Positions 21,001-30,048 of a DNA stretch of 64,000 bases are shown here, in pieces (positions within the stretch are counted from its first letter, which is position 1; each line of letters begins with the position of its first letter). The DNA is taken from positions 491,825-555,824 of the forward strand of contig JBFWNL010000001.1 of the NCBI GenBank assembly GCA_050251055.1, given 5' to 3'. The notes beneath the pieces are model-generated. The model saw only the letters and a list, made by a program, of their open reading frames with translations, ran no database searches and was not told where the DNA came from. The DNA is from Bacteriovoracia bacterium. Its GTDB lineage: Bacteria > Bdellovibrionota > UBA1018 > JBFWNL01. The position numbers and the translations under genes were made by a program.

Positions 21001-21204
21001 CACGGGATCCCAGAACATTTCGGTAATTGCCGGGATGAGCTGGCTTCGCTGGGCGGAGGTATCCAACCAGTAGATATCGAGTACGCGTGCCCAGCGGACT
21101 TTGCGACGCAGCTCGGGATGGCTTTGCTCCAGACGCCGCAGGAACGCGTTCGCGGCGGGGTCGCTAAACTCGGGACGGATGGCGACTTCAATGCGAACGT
21201 GCAC
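18025..21204 (-). CDS. purL: FGAM synthase synthetase subunit with a PurS-like N-terminal extension
   Basis: WSEHCKH, KVETHNSPS, DNGAGG, SESQERM, ISGKDS motifs; ~200-aa N-terminal extension (RPGVTDN). Confidence 0.93.
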   Translation of the reverse strand: MHVRIEVAIRPEFSDPAANAFLRRLEQSHPELRRKVRWARVLDIYWLDTSAQRSQLIPAITEMFWDPVLNLLFTGDLIPSASGRHGGIQDLLDAAPYRSGGFWGLERRFRPGVTDNVARTTLEALEIVLGTKLDNARAASGQLLLVEGPELGDNDLTTLARDVFCNELIESWTVRTHDELKKIERFQPDQVKWELPKVLIRNHAQAKAAPVMTYDLGKLSDKQLEELSRKSLWALTLAEMQAIRGHYNDPATQQKRQAMGLGLPTDVEMEVLAQTWSEHCKHKLFNARIAYSENIAEESARGVSTRIPKKVESLFQETVAGTTREIERPWLLSVFKDNAGIVAFDEEDAVCVKVETHNSPSALDPYGGALTGIVGVNRDILGCGLGAKPIFNTDVFCLAAPDFASPLPDRIFHPRRILAGVRRGVEHGGNKSGIPTVNGALVFDQRYLGKPLVYCGTGGILPLKIDGRPCESKEVKPGDRICMVGGRIGKDGIHGATFSSLALDENSPVTAVQLGDPITQKRAADFLLQARDLGLYRALTDNGAGGLSSSVGELSTISNGARMDVARALTKYPGLKPYELVVSESQERMTVVVPPEKLKAFLALAASRDVEVSDLGEFTDTGYFEILHDQKIVGLLNLEFLHDGVPKLELEAVWTGMPPSPGAVELSFDKEAPVRLLELLARPGIASKEWLIRQYDHEVQGTSVVKPLHTVNSGTTEAWSGPNDAAVIKPKPHSAAGLVVGCGIQPKFSDLDPYLMAQAAVDEAIRNILCVGAEFGTKKALVALIDNFCWPDPVADTGKAAALVRACYGMKEAALALEAPLISGKDSMKNDFRGKREGKDVTISVVPTLLMTAVGRIADVRFARTSDFKALGDQIYLLGGEGLGLYGSELHAACSDKLRERGGNEKQVVVPSSAPGKKGLRAPSANWEMAQDLYGWIGRAKGELQAQLRSMHDLSEGGLLVALAECLLARGLGAAIDLKEIEDPWEFSFGEGFHSFLITASAKDAKNLEDEWKRYRIPFRHLGSVTNRGALEVSIEGQRSWSLPITELRRAWVREDYWE

Positions 21205-21832
21205 GTTCTACGCTCCTTCCCCGCAAGGCGAACTCCTCGCGCACGACCCAATCCAACGTTTCGGGATAGAGACGGTGCTCGATCGCCAGGCCCCGCGCTT
21301 CCACCGCTTCCGCCGAAACGCAGTCGTCAATGGCGAAGCTCTCTTGAGCGCAGATCGGGCCGTGATCTAAATCGAGGTCAACCAGATGAACCGTCACGCC
21401 CGTGACCTTACACCCGTAGGCGAACGCCTGTCGATAACTCTCTAGGCCAGGAAAAGCGGGCAAAAGCGAGGGATGCACATTCACAACGCGGGCGTAGCCC
21501 TCGGGCGACGAAAACTCCCGAAGCAAAACGTCGGACAATATTCTACGAAAACCGGCCAAGACGACGAACCGGGGCGAGTACGGTTGAATGGCTTGCAGAA
21601 TCCGACGATCGTACGCTTCACGCGATCCACCCTGCGGCTCCACGAGCGCCGTGGGAATTCCCGCCGCGCGCGCCTTCTGGAGCACCGGTGCTCCCGCGCG
21701 ATCGCACACCAGGCAAGCCACCCGAGCCCGCAGCCTGCCCGCCGCAATCGCCGACACGATCGAGGCGAACCCGCTTCCCCGGCCGGAAGCAAAAACGACG
21801 ATTGAAACCGGCTCCCGCTGGTCTTCCTTCAC
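21188..21832 (-). CDS. purN: Phosphoribosylglycinamide formyltransferase
   Basis: SGRGS, NVHPSLLPAFPG, GVTVHLV, DHGPI. Confidence 0.95.
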   Translation of the reverse strand: MKEDQREPVSIVVFASGRGSGFASIVSAIAAGRLRARVACLVCDRAGAPVLQKARAAGIPTALVEPQGGSREAYDRRILQAIQPYSPRFVVLAGFRRILSDVLLREFSSPEGYARVVNVHPSLLPAFPGLESYRQAFAYGCKVTGVTVHLVDLDLDHGPICAQESFAIDDCVSAEAVEARGLAIEHRLYPETLDWVVREEFALRGRSVERARSH

Positions 21833-23151
21833 AGCGCCGCCACATCCTTCCGGTACTGCATGCCTTCAAAACTTACCTTCCCCAAATTTTCGTAGGCGGC
21901 CTGTCTCGCGTGCACGAGCGTAGGCCCCAGTCCGAGCGCCCCGAGTACCCGGCCTCCGCTCACCTTCCATGCGCCGGCCTCTTCCTTGGCCCCGCTGATA
22001 AAATATCGGGGCGCGGCCGCCGCGGCGCCCGGAAAGTCGGCTGGACAATGGATCACGGCGCCCGGCCGAGGCAGTTCCGGATAGCCGGCCGAGGCCGCCA
22101 CGACATAAACACTGGCCTGAGGCTCAAACTTCACGGCTTCCGGCATGCGCTTCAAGCGACGCTCCGCTACCGCCAGGCACCACTCGTAGAGATCGTCCCG
22201 CATGCGCGGAAGTAGCGCCTGCGTCTCGGGATCACCGAAGCGGGCGTTGAACTCGAGCACCCAAATCTGGCCGGAATCTCGATTGATCATGAGTCCCGCG
22301 TAGAGCACCCCCCGAAAAGGGCAGCCCTCGCGCGCCATCTCGCGCAGAACGGGTAAGAACACATCGTGCCGCACCCGGCGCTCGAACTCGGGGCGCATCA
22401 CCTCGACCACGGGGCTATACGCCCCCATCCCACCCGTGTTGGGGCCACGCGCCCCATCGAGCAGCTGCTTATAGTCACGCGCCGGCTCCAGCAACGCGCA
22501 CGAATCGCCGTCGCAGAAGGCAAGCCAAGAAACCTCTTCGCCCACCAAGAACTCCTCGATGATGAGCTTTGGAGAAATCTTTAGCAACCGCTCCGCCGCA
22601 CCTTTCGCCTCAGTGAGCGTGCGGCAAAGCTCCACGCCTTTACCCAGGGCCAATCCATCCGCTTTCAACACCCAAGCGGGCGGCCCGTCGCTCGAATCGG
22701 CCCAGCCCGTGAGGCTCGCTAACACCGTCGCGGTCTCTTCTGCGCCCACCGTCACGAAAAAACGCGCGGTGGGCACCTTCGCCCGTTGCATCAGGCTCTT
22801 CGCATAGACCTTACTGGCTTCGATGCGCGCGGCCTTGGCCGTCGGACCAAAAACTTTCAAGCCCTGGCTCTCAAACACATCCGCGATGCCGGCGGCCAAC
22901 GGGTTATCGGGTCCGATCACCGTCAAATCCACTTTCAAGGCACAGGCCCGCTCGGCGAGTTTCACAAAAGCTTCGTTTGAGTCGAGCCGGACGTCTTCCC
23001 AGCGCTCCACGGTGCAGGAGTCCCCCGGGGCGGAGCGCATGCCGTCATTGCCCGGCGCCACAATCACGCGTCCCACTTGGGGCGAACGCGCGAGTTTCCA
23101 CACGATGGCGTGTTCGCGTCCGCCGCTCCCCACCACGAGGACCGTCTTCAT
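21829..23151 (-). CDS. purD: Phosphoribosylamine-glycine ligase
   Basis: GSGGREHA, KADGLALGKG, GPNTGGMG, EFNARFGDPE. Confidence 0.96.
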   Translation of the reverse strand: MKTVLVVGSGGREHAIVWKLARSPQVGRVIVAPGNDGMRSAPGDSCTVERWEDVRLDSNEAFVKLAERACALKVDLTVIGPDNPLAAGIADVFESQGLKVFGPTAKAARIEASKVYAKSLMQRAKVPTARFFVTVGAEETATVLASLTGWADSSDGPPAWVLKADGLALGKGVELCRTLTEAKGAAERLLKISPKLIIEEFLVGEEVSWLAFCDGDSCALLEPARDYKQLLDGARGPNTGGMGAYSPVVEVMRPEFERRVRHDVFLPVLREMAREGCPFRGVLYAGLMINRDSGQIWVLEFNARFGDPETQALLPRMRDDLYEWCLAVAERRLKRMPEAVKFEPQASVYVVAASAGYPELPRPGAVIHCPADFPGAAAAAPRYFISGAKEEAGAWKVSGGRVLGALGLGPTLVHARQAAYENLGKVSFEGMQYRKDVAAL

Positions 23152-24515
23152 GCGGGATCGCTCCCACCGCCCGAATCTTCAAAAGTAAGTTCGGCCTGCG
23201 CACTCGGCGCCGCGGGTTGCTTGCCGCGCGCCAAGGAAGGGGGAACGAGCATGGCGAACTGGGAAATCAGTCGATCTAGGCTCCAGGCTCCCGGAAACCA
23301 GGTACCTCCGCCAATGAGCTGGGTCAGCGTCATGTAAAGCTGGGAAACCAGTTCGACATGCGCGGCGGGCAGCGGCGGCGGGGGGACGTTCACCCCGCGC
23401 TTCCAGTCGGCGTTACCGCTCGCGGCCGCCTTCTTTTTCGCTTCCACCGTCTGCGCGTACCACTCGGTATCCCGATAAAACGCGCGAATGAACTCCTTCG
23501 ACAGGTGCACGAGCCCTCCGCCGGGCGCCGGCGCGGTTAAGCGCAGCTCGTCGGGGCCAATGGCGTCTACGAGGAAGACCTTACCGTCGGGACCCAAGGC
23601 GAACTCCAGCTTTCCATCCCAAAGCTCCAGTCCACACTTCGCGCACGTGGCGCGCAAAAAACCCGCGATCCAAGTCGCCTGCACCATCAATTCCTGCATC
23701 TGCTCGGCGTTGAGACCGGAAATCGCCAGGGCCTCATTCATTCCTACGGGGCGATCGGTGGACTCGAGTTTCGTGAACAACTCCAGCACGGGAAACTCCC
23801 ACTTCGCGCCCGCCTTGAGCTTAGCGCCAACAAGCTCGGCCGGCAGCGGCAGCGACTCCCAGTAGGCGGGATTCTTCGCCACGCGCTCCAAAATAGAACT
23901 GCCTTCGGGGGCGCCAAAACGAAACACTACTTCCAGGGGCACCAAACGCGGCGCGGGAGCTTCGCGCGTGGGGGCGTAGTCTACGACCGCCTTCCCCATC
24001 ACCGCCCGAAGGGTGGGTTTTACCACGGATACCTGCCGCACCAGCATGCACTTCAAGGGTTCCCGAAGCGCGCTCAGCTCCACGGGCGCGACGGCCGCGC
24101 CGTCGGCCGCGAGATCCGCCTCGCGCGCCAAGCCCAGGTAATGCGTCCGCAGACCTTCTTTTTGCAAACGTTCGCCGAGTTCATTGAAAGCCGAACCGAG
24201 CGATGTCGGCGTGCCGTCTTCACGAATGCCCTTCTTCAGCTGAACCGAGTGCACCGAAGTGATACCCTTGCGCAGCGCCAACGCCACTTGCGAGCGCGAA
24301 AAATCCTGCCAAGCCGTCGGGTTTTCCAAACGCGAAAAAAGGGCCGCGCCCATGAGCGCGAGCGCCTCGCCTTTACGCGGAATCGCGTCGGGCATACGGC
24401 CCCAATCGAAAACTGAAAATGCATCCGAATACCGAAAGACGACGGCCGTGTGCCCCTTGGCTTGGACTGGCCCCAGCACGTCCTTCACGGAGCCGCGGTA
24501 CATGGGAGAGATCAA
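23148..24515 (-). CDS. purC: SAICAR synthetase, long form
   Basis: YRGSVK, SVFDWG, PLEVVFR, TKLE, DGKLEF, DAIGPDELR, SKEFIR; lies within the pur operon. Confidence 0.88.
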   Translation of the reverse strand: MISPMYRGSVKDVLGPVQAKGHTAVVFRYSDAFSVFDWGRMPDAIPRKGEALALMGAALFSRLENPTAWQDFSRSQVALALRKGITSVHSVQLKKGIREDGTPTSLGSAFNELGERLQKEGLRTHYLGLAREADLAADGAAVAPVELSALREPLKCMLVRQVSVVKPTLRAVMGKAVVDYAPTREAPAPRLVPLEVVFRFGAPEGSSILERVAKNPAYWESLPLPAELVGAKLKAGAKWEFPVLELFTKLESTDRPVGMNEALAISGLNAEQMQELMVQATWIAGFLRATCAKCGLELWDGKLEFALGPDGKVFLVDAIGPDELRLTAPAPGGGLVHLSKEFIRAFYRDTEWYAQTVEAKKKAAASGNADWKRGVNVPPPPLPAAHVELVSQLYMTLTQLIGGGTWFPGAWSLDRLISQFAMLVPPSLARGKQPAAPSAQAELTFEDSGGGSDPA

Positions 24516-26062
24516 GCCGCCCCCCCTTTACCCGCCTTTTCGCCCGCGGTTTTTGCCGCCTTACGGTCCTCGCTCCGGGCGGTGCCGAAACGACGGCCTT
24601 CGGAAATATCACTCGGGTAATCCCCATCCAGGCAAGCCATGCAAGGCTTGTTGGCATAGACGCCATTGCCGGCCGCCTTGATCGCGTCACGCAAACCTTG
24701 GTGATCGAGGTAAATCACCGCGTCGGCGCCCAGCTCACGCTCCACTTGATCAACCGTGCGGTTATAGGCAATCAGCTCTTCATTGCTGGGAAAATCAATC
24801 CCGTAGTAGCAGGGGTTTTGGATCGGCGGGCAGGTCGACACGAAGTAAACCTTCCTGGCCCCGGAGCCGCGTACGAGCTCAATCAGCTTGCGCGAGGTCG
24901 TGCCACGCACGATGGAATCATCCACGAGCAAGATGCTCTTACCCTCGATCTCGCTACGTACGGGCGAAAGCTTGAGGTTCACGGCGCGCCGGCGCTTCTC
25001 GTCGGAATCCAAGATAAACGTCCGTTTGATATACCGGTTTTTGATCAGCGTTTCGCGGTACGGAAGCCCGAGCTCCTCGGCCAAAGCAATGGCGGCGATG
25101 CGCGAGGTTTCCGGCACCGGCACCACCATGTCAGGGGCGATGCGACCGCTATCGATCTGCTGCTTGATCAGTTTTGCCAACCCCTTACCCAGCTGGATAC
25201 GAGAGGCGTACACCGGAACCTGATCAATCACGGACTCGGGTGACGCGAAGTAAACCCACTCGAACATGCAGTGGCGTGCCCCCGGCTTCAGGGCCGGCGG
25301 CCGCAGTACGCGCGAATGAACCTGCCCCTGGAGATCAATGAAGAGTACCTCGCCCGGCTCCAGGTTCTTTACGATCTCGTAGCCGTTGAAATTCAAAGCC
25401 ACGCTCTCGGACGCGATCATGTGCGATTCACCGGTGGGGAGAGAACTTTCGCGATCCGCGTTGGGATAGGCGCGGCGCGCTCGCCGCCGTCCCCACACCA
25501 GGGGTCGGATGCCGTAGGGATCGCGAAACGCGAGCAGCCCATGCTCGGCGATCAAGGTAAGCACGCTATAGCTGCCGTTCACCCGGGTCATGATCGTGTT
25601 CAGGCTCTTGCAGATGTCTTCGAAGATATTGCCCGTTCCCGCTTCGGCGATCCCATCGGCGAGCATGTTCATCAAAACTTCCGAATCGGAGTGCGTGAGC
25701 AGGTGACGCCGTTTCGTTTTGAGCTCCGCCGCGAGCTGCTCGTAATTGACGAGGTTACCGTTATGCACGAGCCCGATGCCGAAAGGGAAGTTGATGAGGA
25801 AGGGTTGCACGTCGACCAAATCGCCCTTGCCGATCGTGGCGTACCGGGCGTGGCCGACGGCCATGGAGCCAGTGAGCGAGTCGATGTTTTCACGCGTAAA
25901 AACGTTCTCGACCAGCCCGGTGTTTTTCACCCGGTGAAAACCGCTTTCATCATAGGTGAGGATACCGGCCGCGTCTTGTCCCCGGTGTTGAAGCGTGGTG
26001 AGGCTCAGGAAAGCTTCCCGTGCCGCCTCTGGGGATCCGATGAGTCCAACGACGCCGCACAT
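24512..26062 (-). CDS. purF: Amidophosphoribosyltransferase
   Basis: N-terminal MCG, QHRGQD, GHARYAT, VDDSIVRGTT PRPP motif. Confidence 0.96.
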   Translation of the reverse strand: MCGVVGLIGSPEAAREAFLSLTTLQHRGQDAAGILTYDESGFHRVKNTGLVENVFTRENIDSLTGSMAVGHARYATIGKGDLVDVQPFLINFPFGIGLVHNGNLVNYEQLAAELKTKRRHLLTHSDSEVLMNMLADGIAEAGTGNIFEDICKSLNTIMTRVNGSYSVLTLIAEHGLLAFRDPYGIRPLVWGRRRARRAYPNADRESSLPTGESHMIASESVALNFNGYEIVKNLEPGEVLFIDLQGQVHSRVLRPPALKPGARHCMFEWVYFASPESVIDQVPVYASRIQLGKGLAKLIKQQIDSGRIAPDMVVPVPETSRIAAIALAEELGLPYRETLIKNRYIKRTFILDSDEKRRRAVNLKLSPVRSEIEGKSILLVDDSIVRGTTSRKLIELVRGSGARKVYFVSTCPPIQNPCYYGIDFPSNEELIAYNRTVDQVERELGADAVIYLDHQGLRDAIKAAGNGVYANKPCMACLDGDYPSDISEGRRFGTARSEDRKAAKTAGEKAGKGGAA

Positions 26063-26157
26063 AGATACTTTTCTTACCATAACTGGGGGGGCGGAATACA
26101 TATAAGCCCCTTATAACGCAATTCGTCAATAGTTTGATGATCTTAGTCACCCTCCCC

Positions 26158-26186
26158 TTGCAAGTCGGGCGCGCGGTCGCTACACT
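26158..26186 (+). promoter_or_regulatory. Putative sigma70 promoter for the 26252 gene
   Basis: TTGCAA-17 nt-TACACT in the intergenic region. Confidence 0.45.
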
Positions 26187-26251
26187 GTGGGCGGGTACGG
26201 CCGATTATGGAGTTGAGCGGCCACAAATCGCAGGGAGGGGAAAGAGCATCC

Positions 26252-26476
26252 ATGAGTTCCACCAATAGCCCGGTTACGGGCGTGATCAGCGAAGAACTCG
26301 TCATCCTAGACTTCGGCAAATACGAAGGCAAAACGGTGCGGGACATTTCCGAGATGGATCCCGATTTCTACACCAAGCTTGCCAATGAAAAAGAGCGCGG
26401 CGTGTTCGCAATTCGTCGTCATCGCGACAAGACCTTCCGCCTCTACGTGAATCCGCTTACGGAGATCGACAACTAA
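26252..26476 (+). CDS. Small hypothetical protein with an FGKY(E)G motif (DUF3820/ExoX C-terminal-like)
   Basis: 74 aa; LDFGKYEGKTV motif; GGAGGG RBS upstream. Confidence 0.65.
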   Translation: MSSTNSPVTGVISEELVILDFGKYEGKTVRDISEMDPDFYTKLANEKERGVFAIRRHRDKTFRLYVNPLTEIDN

Positions 26477-26485
26477 GCCCCTGGC

Positions 26486-27310
26486 TTAGAGTTCGATCTC
26501 GCCCCAGAAAACTTCCGCCGCCGGACCGGTTTTATACACGGCTTTTCCGGCTTTCCATTCCAGCTTCAGCTTACCCCCCGGCAGCTCGACCGAAACCGGT
26601 GAACGCGCGCGTCCCGTATCGATAGCCGCTACCGCGGCGGCGCAAGCGCCAGTTCCGCACGCAAGCGTCGCTCCCGCGCCGCGCTCCCAAACTTTCACCT
26701 GAATACGCGACTTGGACTTTACGACGACGAACTCCACGTTCGTGCGCTCGGGGAAACGGGCGTGCTTTTCAATCAAGGGACCCAAGGCCGCGAGGTCAAT
26801 TCGACTCAAGTCCTTCACGAAAATCACCGCGTGGGGATTGCCCATGCTCACCTCGTGAAAGCGAAACTGCTTGCCCGCCACCGCGATCAGTTCCCCTTCC
26901 TGACCGTGCTTACGCCCCAGGCGTGGGAAACCCATGGCGACTCGCACCTGGTCACGGCCGACGAGCTCAAGCCCAATGGGCCCAGCGTCGGTGTCGATTT
27001 GAAAAGTACGCGCGGTCTTGGTCCGCCGGGCGCCATAACGAGAGAGGTAGACCCCCACCGCCCGGGCGCCATTGCCACACATCTCGGCCCGCGTGCCATC
27101 GCCGTTCCAAATTTCCAGGCGGGCGTCGCTGCGCGAGCCTCGCGCGGCGGGCACCAGGTGAAGGATCTGGTCCGCCCCGACGCCAAAATGCCGGTCGCAA
27201 AGGCGGCGAGCCGTGGCCTTGGTGACGACGTGGCGGCGCTTCGCCTTGCGGTCGTCGATCACGACGAAGTCGTTCCCTAACCCATGCATTTTCAGGAAGC
27301 GCAGGCGCAT
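26486..27310 (-). CDS. dapF: Diaminopimelate epimerase
   Basis: KMHGLGNDF, EMCGNG, GNPH, ERGAGATLACGTG. Confidence 0.95.
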   Translation of the reverse strand: MRLRFLKMHGLGNDFVVIDDRKAKRRHVVTKATARRLCDRHFGVGADQILHLVPAARGSRSDARLEIWNGDGTRAEMCGNGARAVGVYLSRYGARRTKTARTFQIDTDAGPIGLELVGRDQVRVAMGFPRLGRKHGQEGELIAVAGKQFRFHEVSMGNPHAVIFVKDLSRIDLAALGPLIEKHARFPERTNVEFVVVKSKSRIQVKVWERGAGATLACGTGACAAAVAAIDTGRARSPVSVELPGGKLKLEWKAGKAVYKTGPAAEVFWGEIEL

Positions 27311-27351
27311 CCCGTCTTTTATATGATGTTTCGCGGGCGTTGACCAGCCCG

Positions 27352-29880
27352 TCAACGCGCCTGGTAGGCGTCTTCGCTCGCTAGGCCACGGGTGGCGCTT
27401 TCGCCATACCGCTTCAGCTCCTTGACGATGTGGTTGGAGACCTGGCTGCAAATGGGGGCCTTGGTTTTGATCTCGGCTAGCAGCGACTTGAGATCCTTGA
27501 TCTCGTCCTCTAGACGCGTCACTTCCAACGTCGCCGAGGCCACCCCGCCGTTCGTGGTGGAGACGTCCAGCTTGTCCTTAGCCGCGGCGAGCTTGCCCTC
27601 CAGTTCGGTCAAGCGCTTCCGCGCTTCGGTTTTTTCCGAACGTGAGGAGCACAACGAATCCGGGTCAATGCCAGTTTGGGTGATAATATCGCCCACCGGA
27701 TCATTATCTCCGTCGGCCCGATTCCCCAAGGCGTTGACCACGCTTTCAATCCTCGATAGCGGTCCATCCTCATAGCAGTACTGGCACTTGGCGTTCATCC
27801 AACGCTCTTGGTCGGCGTTGAGCCGGTCCACGATCTCTTCACGACATTCGTCGTGCTTAGCCAGAAGCTTGCCATTGGCCTGACCGACTTCCTTCGCGTC
27901 ATCGGCCAGTTTTTGCACCTGAGACGACACCCCTTCCAGGGCGCGAGAAAAATTATCCGGGTTCAAATCCAACATCGGCGGATCCATCGTGCCGCCCACG
28001 TACGCGACCGCGCTCATCGGCGGTTCATACAAACCGTCTTGATCTTTTTGGAGGGTTTCCGGAGAAACGTTGCCCAGCTCCACCGTGGGGCTTACTCCCA
28101 ACGAGGACATGGCGGCGTTGATCTTATTGAGCTCGCTACGGAAGGCCGAGTTCAGGTTCTTGATTTCCGCCTGGCGCGCGGAGGTGAACTTGTCCACCTG
28201 GCCATTCACCGAGACAATGTAGTTTTTCTTGAAGGTGTCAGCACGGCGAATTTCCTGACGAAGATTCGAGATGACCGTCCGGAACGTGTTCACGCAGCCC
28301 GTGAGACCTTGGCACTGAATATAGTACTGCTGGTTGATCCCTTTGACCGGAATCGACGCGCCCGAAGGCACGCCGCGACCGTCCACGAGATTACCCACCG
28401 CCGTCTGGTACTTCACCAGGCAGTCCTTGCGGGTTTCTTCGTTGGCGCTACAGCTCGAGACATCGCCGCCGTTGATGCCGACGGCCGCCGTCGACGTGTA
28501 CGGCATGTGGATCTTGGTCATGTTGGTGCGCAGTTGAATGAATTGCTCGTCGTACTTATTCAACGCCACGTCCACCTGCTTATTGAGGCCTTCCTTATCC
28601 GTCTGGATGGTGCGCTCGAGCCGGCCGATGTCACCGGTTTCCGACGCCCGGCTCTGGTTTACCTCGCGGGCGGCCTTGTCGAAGCAGTAACGATAACGAT
28701 CCATCACCACCGAAGCGAAGGATTCGAAGCCGCCGATCTGCACCCCCTTGAGCTTTTTTTCGAACTTCGCACGCAGCTGGGCCATCGTCGTCACGCTCCG
28801 CTTCTGGCTCGTGAACTCTTTCAATGCCTTCGGATCGTCGGGAACCATGTCGTTAGACGGCATGGCGGTCTTGATCTCGTTAAAGATGCTCTCAACGTAA
28901 GCACGATTGCGGGCAGCCTTCACGTCCATCGCGGCGCGGCCGCTCGTTTCCACGACGTGCTTACCGGTATTGTTATCATAGGTGGTCTTGCTGTACTGCT
29001 CTACGCGGCAGAGGACCAAGTCGCGAAAACTCATGAGGCCGCTGCTCCCTTGGCAGGTCGCGCTCGCGCTCACGACTTCTTTCTCGAAGCACTGCTCCGC
29101 CTTCGCAGCGGCGGCGATGTTCATTACCTCGCCGAACGCCACTTCGTTCTGGCGAATCTGGTCGTAACGCATCTGGAAGGTCGGCACCGATCCGGCCATC
29201 AAATCCTTCAGCTGGGTGGCCTGATCGAGCAGCTTCTCGAGGCCCGGTCCGGCGGTATCGCCGCCCTTCAGGGTCTGTTCCGCGTCTTGGCCCTGAGCGG
29301 CGCGGTCTTCGATATAGGTATTCAACTCCGCGACCTTCTGCCGCTCATTCGTCAGTCCCTGCACGTACAGATCCTTCAGGCGCCCGACATCGTTCTGGAA
29401 CGCCGTCGCCTGCTCTTGCAAGCACTGCAGGTCTTCGACCAACCCTGCCAACTCGTCCTGCTTGCACTTCACCGATTCGGCGTAGCTTTCATTTTGCTTC
29501 TGATAGGTTTCGAAATTGGCGAGCAGATCCGAGCAAGCGCCACCTTCGACAAGGCTGCCTTGCGACCCGCAGGCCGAAGCTCCCGTGCGTGAACCCCCGA
29601 ACGCGCCCTGCGCGGCGGTGAGAAGATCGACCGAGCTCTTGCGCTTGACGGCCTTCATGGCGTTGTCCGCCATCTTACTGATGCCGCCCATGCCTCCCCC
29701 GCATTGGCCGGGGTTCGTTCCGAAGGCGAAGCCGCCCATGCCGGCGTTCGGCGCCACCTGGTACTGCGGAAAAGAATTTTGAATCGATCCCGGCGTGAGA
29801 TTCGGTTCGGCCGCGTCAGCGGAAACGAGACCCAACAACGAGAGCGTGAGCGCGACGGCACGAAGGGCGGAATACTTCAT
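27352..29880 (-). CDS. Large secreted helical/coiled-coil Cys-containing hypothetical protein
   Basis: Signal peptide MKYSALRAV...ADA; 842 aa; heptad-like helices; 18 Cys counted. Confidence 0.75.
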   Translation of the reverse strand: MKYSALRAVALTLSLLGLVSADAAEPNLTPGSIQNSFPQYQVAPNAGMGGFAFGTNPGQCGGGMGGISKMADNAMKAVKRKSSVDLLTAAQGAFGGSRTGASACGSQGSLVEGGACSDLLANFETYQKQNESYAESVKCKQDELAGLVEDLQCLQEQATAFQNDVGRLKDLYVQGLTNERQKVAELNTYIEDRAAQGQDAEQTLKGGDTAGPGLEKLLDQATQLKDLMAGSVPTFQMRYDQIRQNEVAFGEVMNIAAAAKAEQCFEKEVVSASATCQGSSGLMSFRDLVLCRVEQYSKTTYDNNTGKHVVETSGRAAMDVKAARNRAYVESIFNEIKTAMPSNDMVPDDPKALKEFTSQKRSVTTMAQLRAKFEKKLKGVQIGGFESFASVVMDRYRYCFDKAAREVNQSRASETGDIGRLERTIQTDKEGLNKQVDVALNKYDEQFIQLRTNMTKIHMPYTSTAAVGINGGDVSSCSANEETRKDCLVKYQTAVGNLVDGRGVPSGASIPVKGINQQYYIQCQGLTGCVNTFRTVISNLRQEIRRADTFKKNYIVSVNGQVDKFTSARQAEIKNLNSAFRSELNKINAAMSSLGVSPTVELGNVSPETLQKDQDGLYEPPMSAVAYVGGTMDPPMLDLNPDNFSRALEGVSSQVQKLADDAKEVGQANGKLLAKHDECREEIVDRLNADQERWMNAKCQYCYEDGPLSRIESVVNALGNRADGDNDPVGDIITQTGIDPDSLCSSRSEKTEARKRLTELEGKLAAAKDKLDVSTTNGGVASATLEVTRLEDEIKDLKSLLAEIKTKAPICSQVSNHIVKELKRYGESATRGLASEDAYQAR

Positions 29881-30048
29881 ATTTTTTAATCCCCTACAAA
29901 TACTGCCAGTGACTACTGATCGGAACTCCAGACTTGTGATTAGCCCTATTATTTTACTATTTTGGTCTGGAATTTGGGAGGGAAAAACCAGGGGTTGTGT
30001 CACGGTCGACACGCCCAATACTTAGGTTTTAACGGACTTGAGGGCCTT

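Noticed and set aside
26063-26160. ZTP or purine riboswitch upstream of purF
   Set aside because: No consensus elements recognisable; the leader is short.
27808-29592. 594-aa plus-strand ORF (likewise 203..859, 31081..32229, 45131..46432, 51401..52645)
   Set aside because: Antisense shadows of real genes, as expected from high-GC codon bias; no motifs or RBS.
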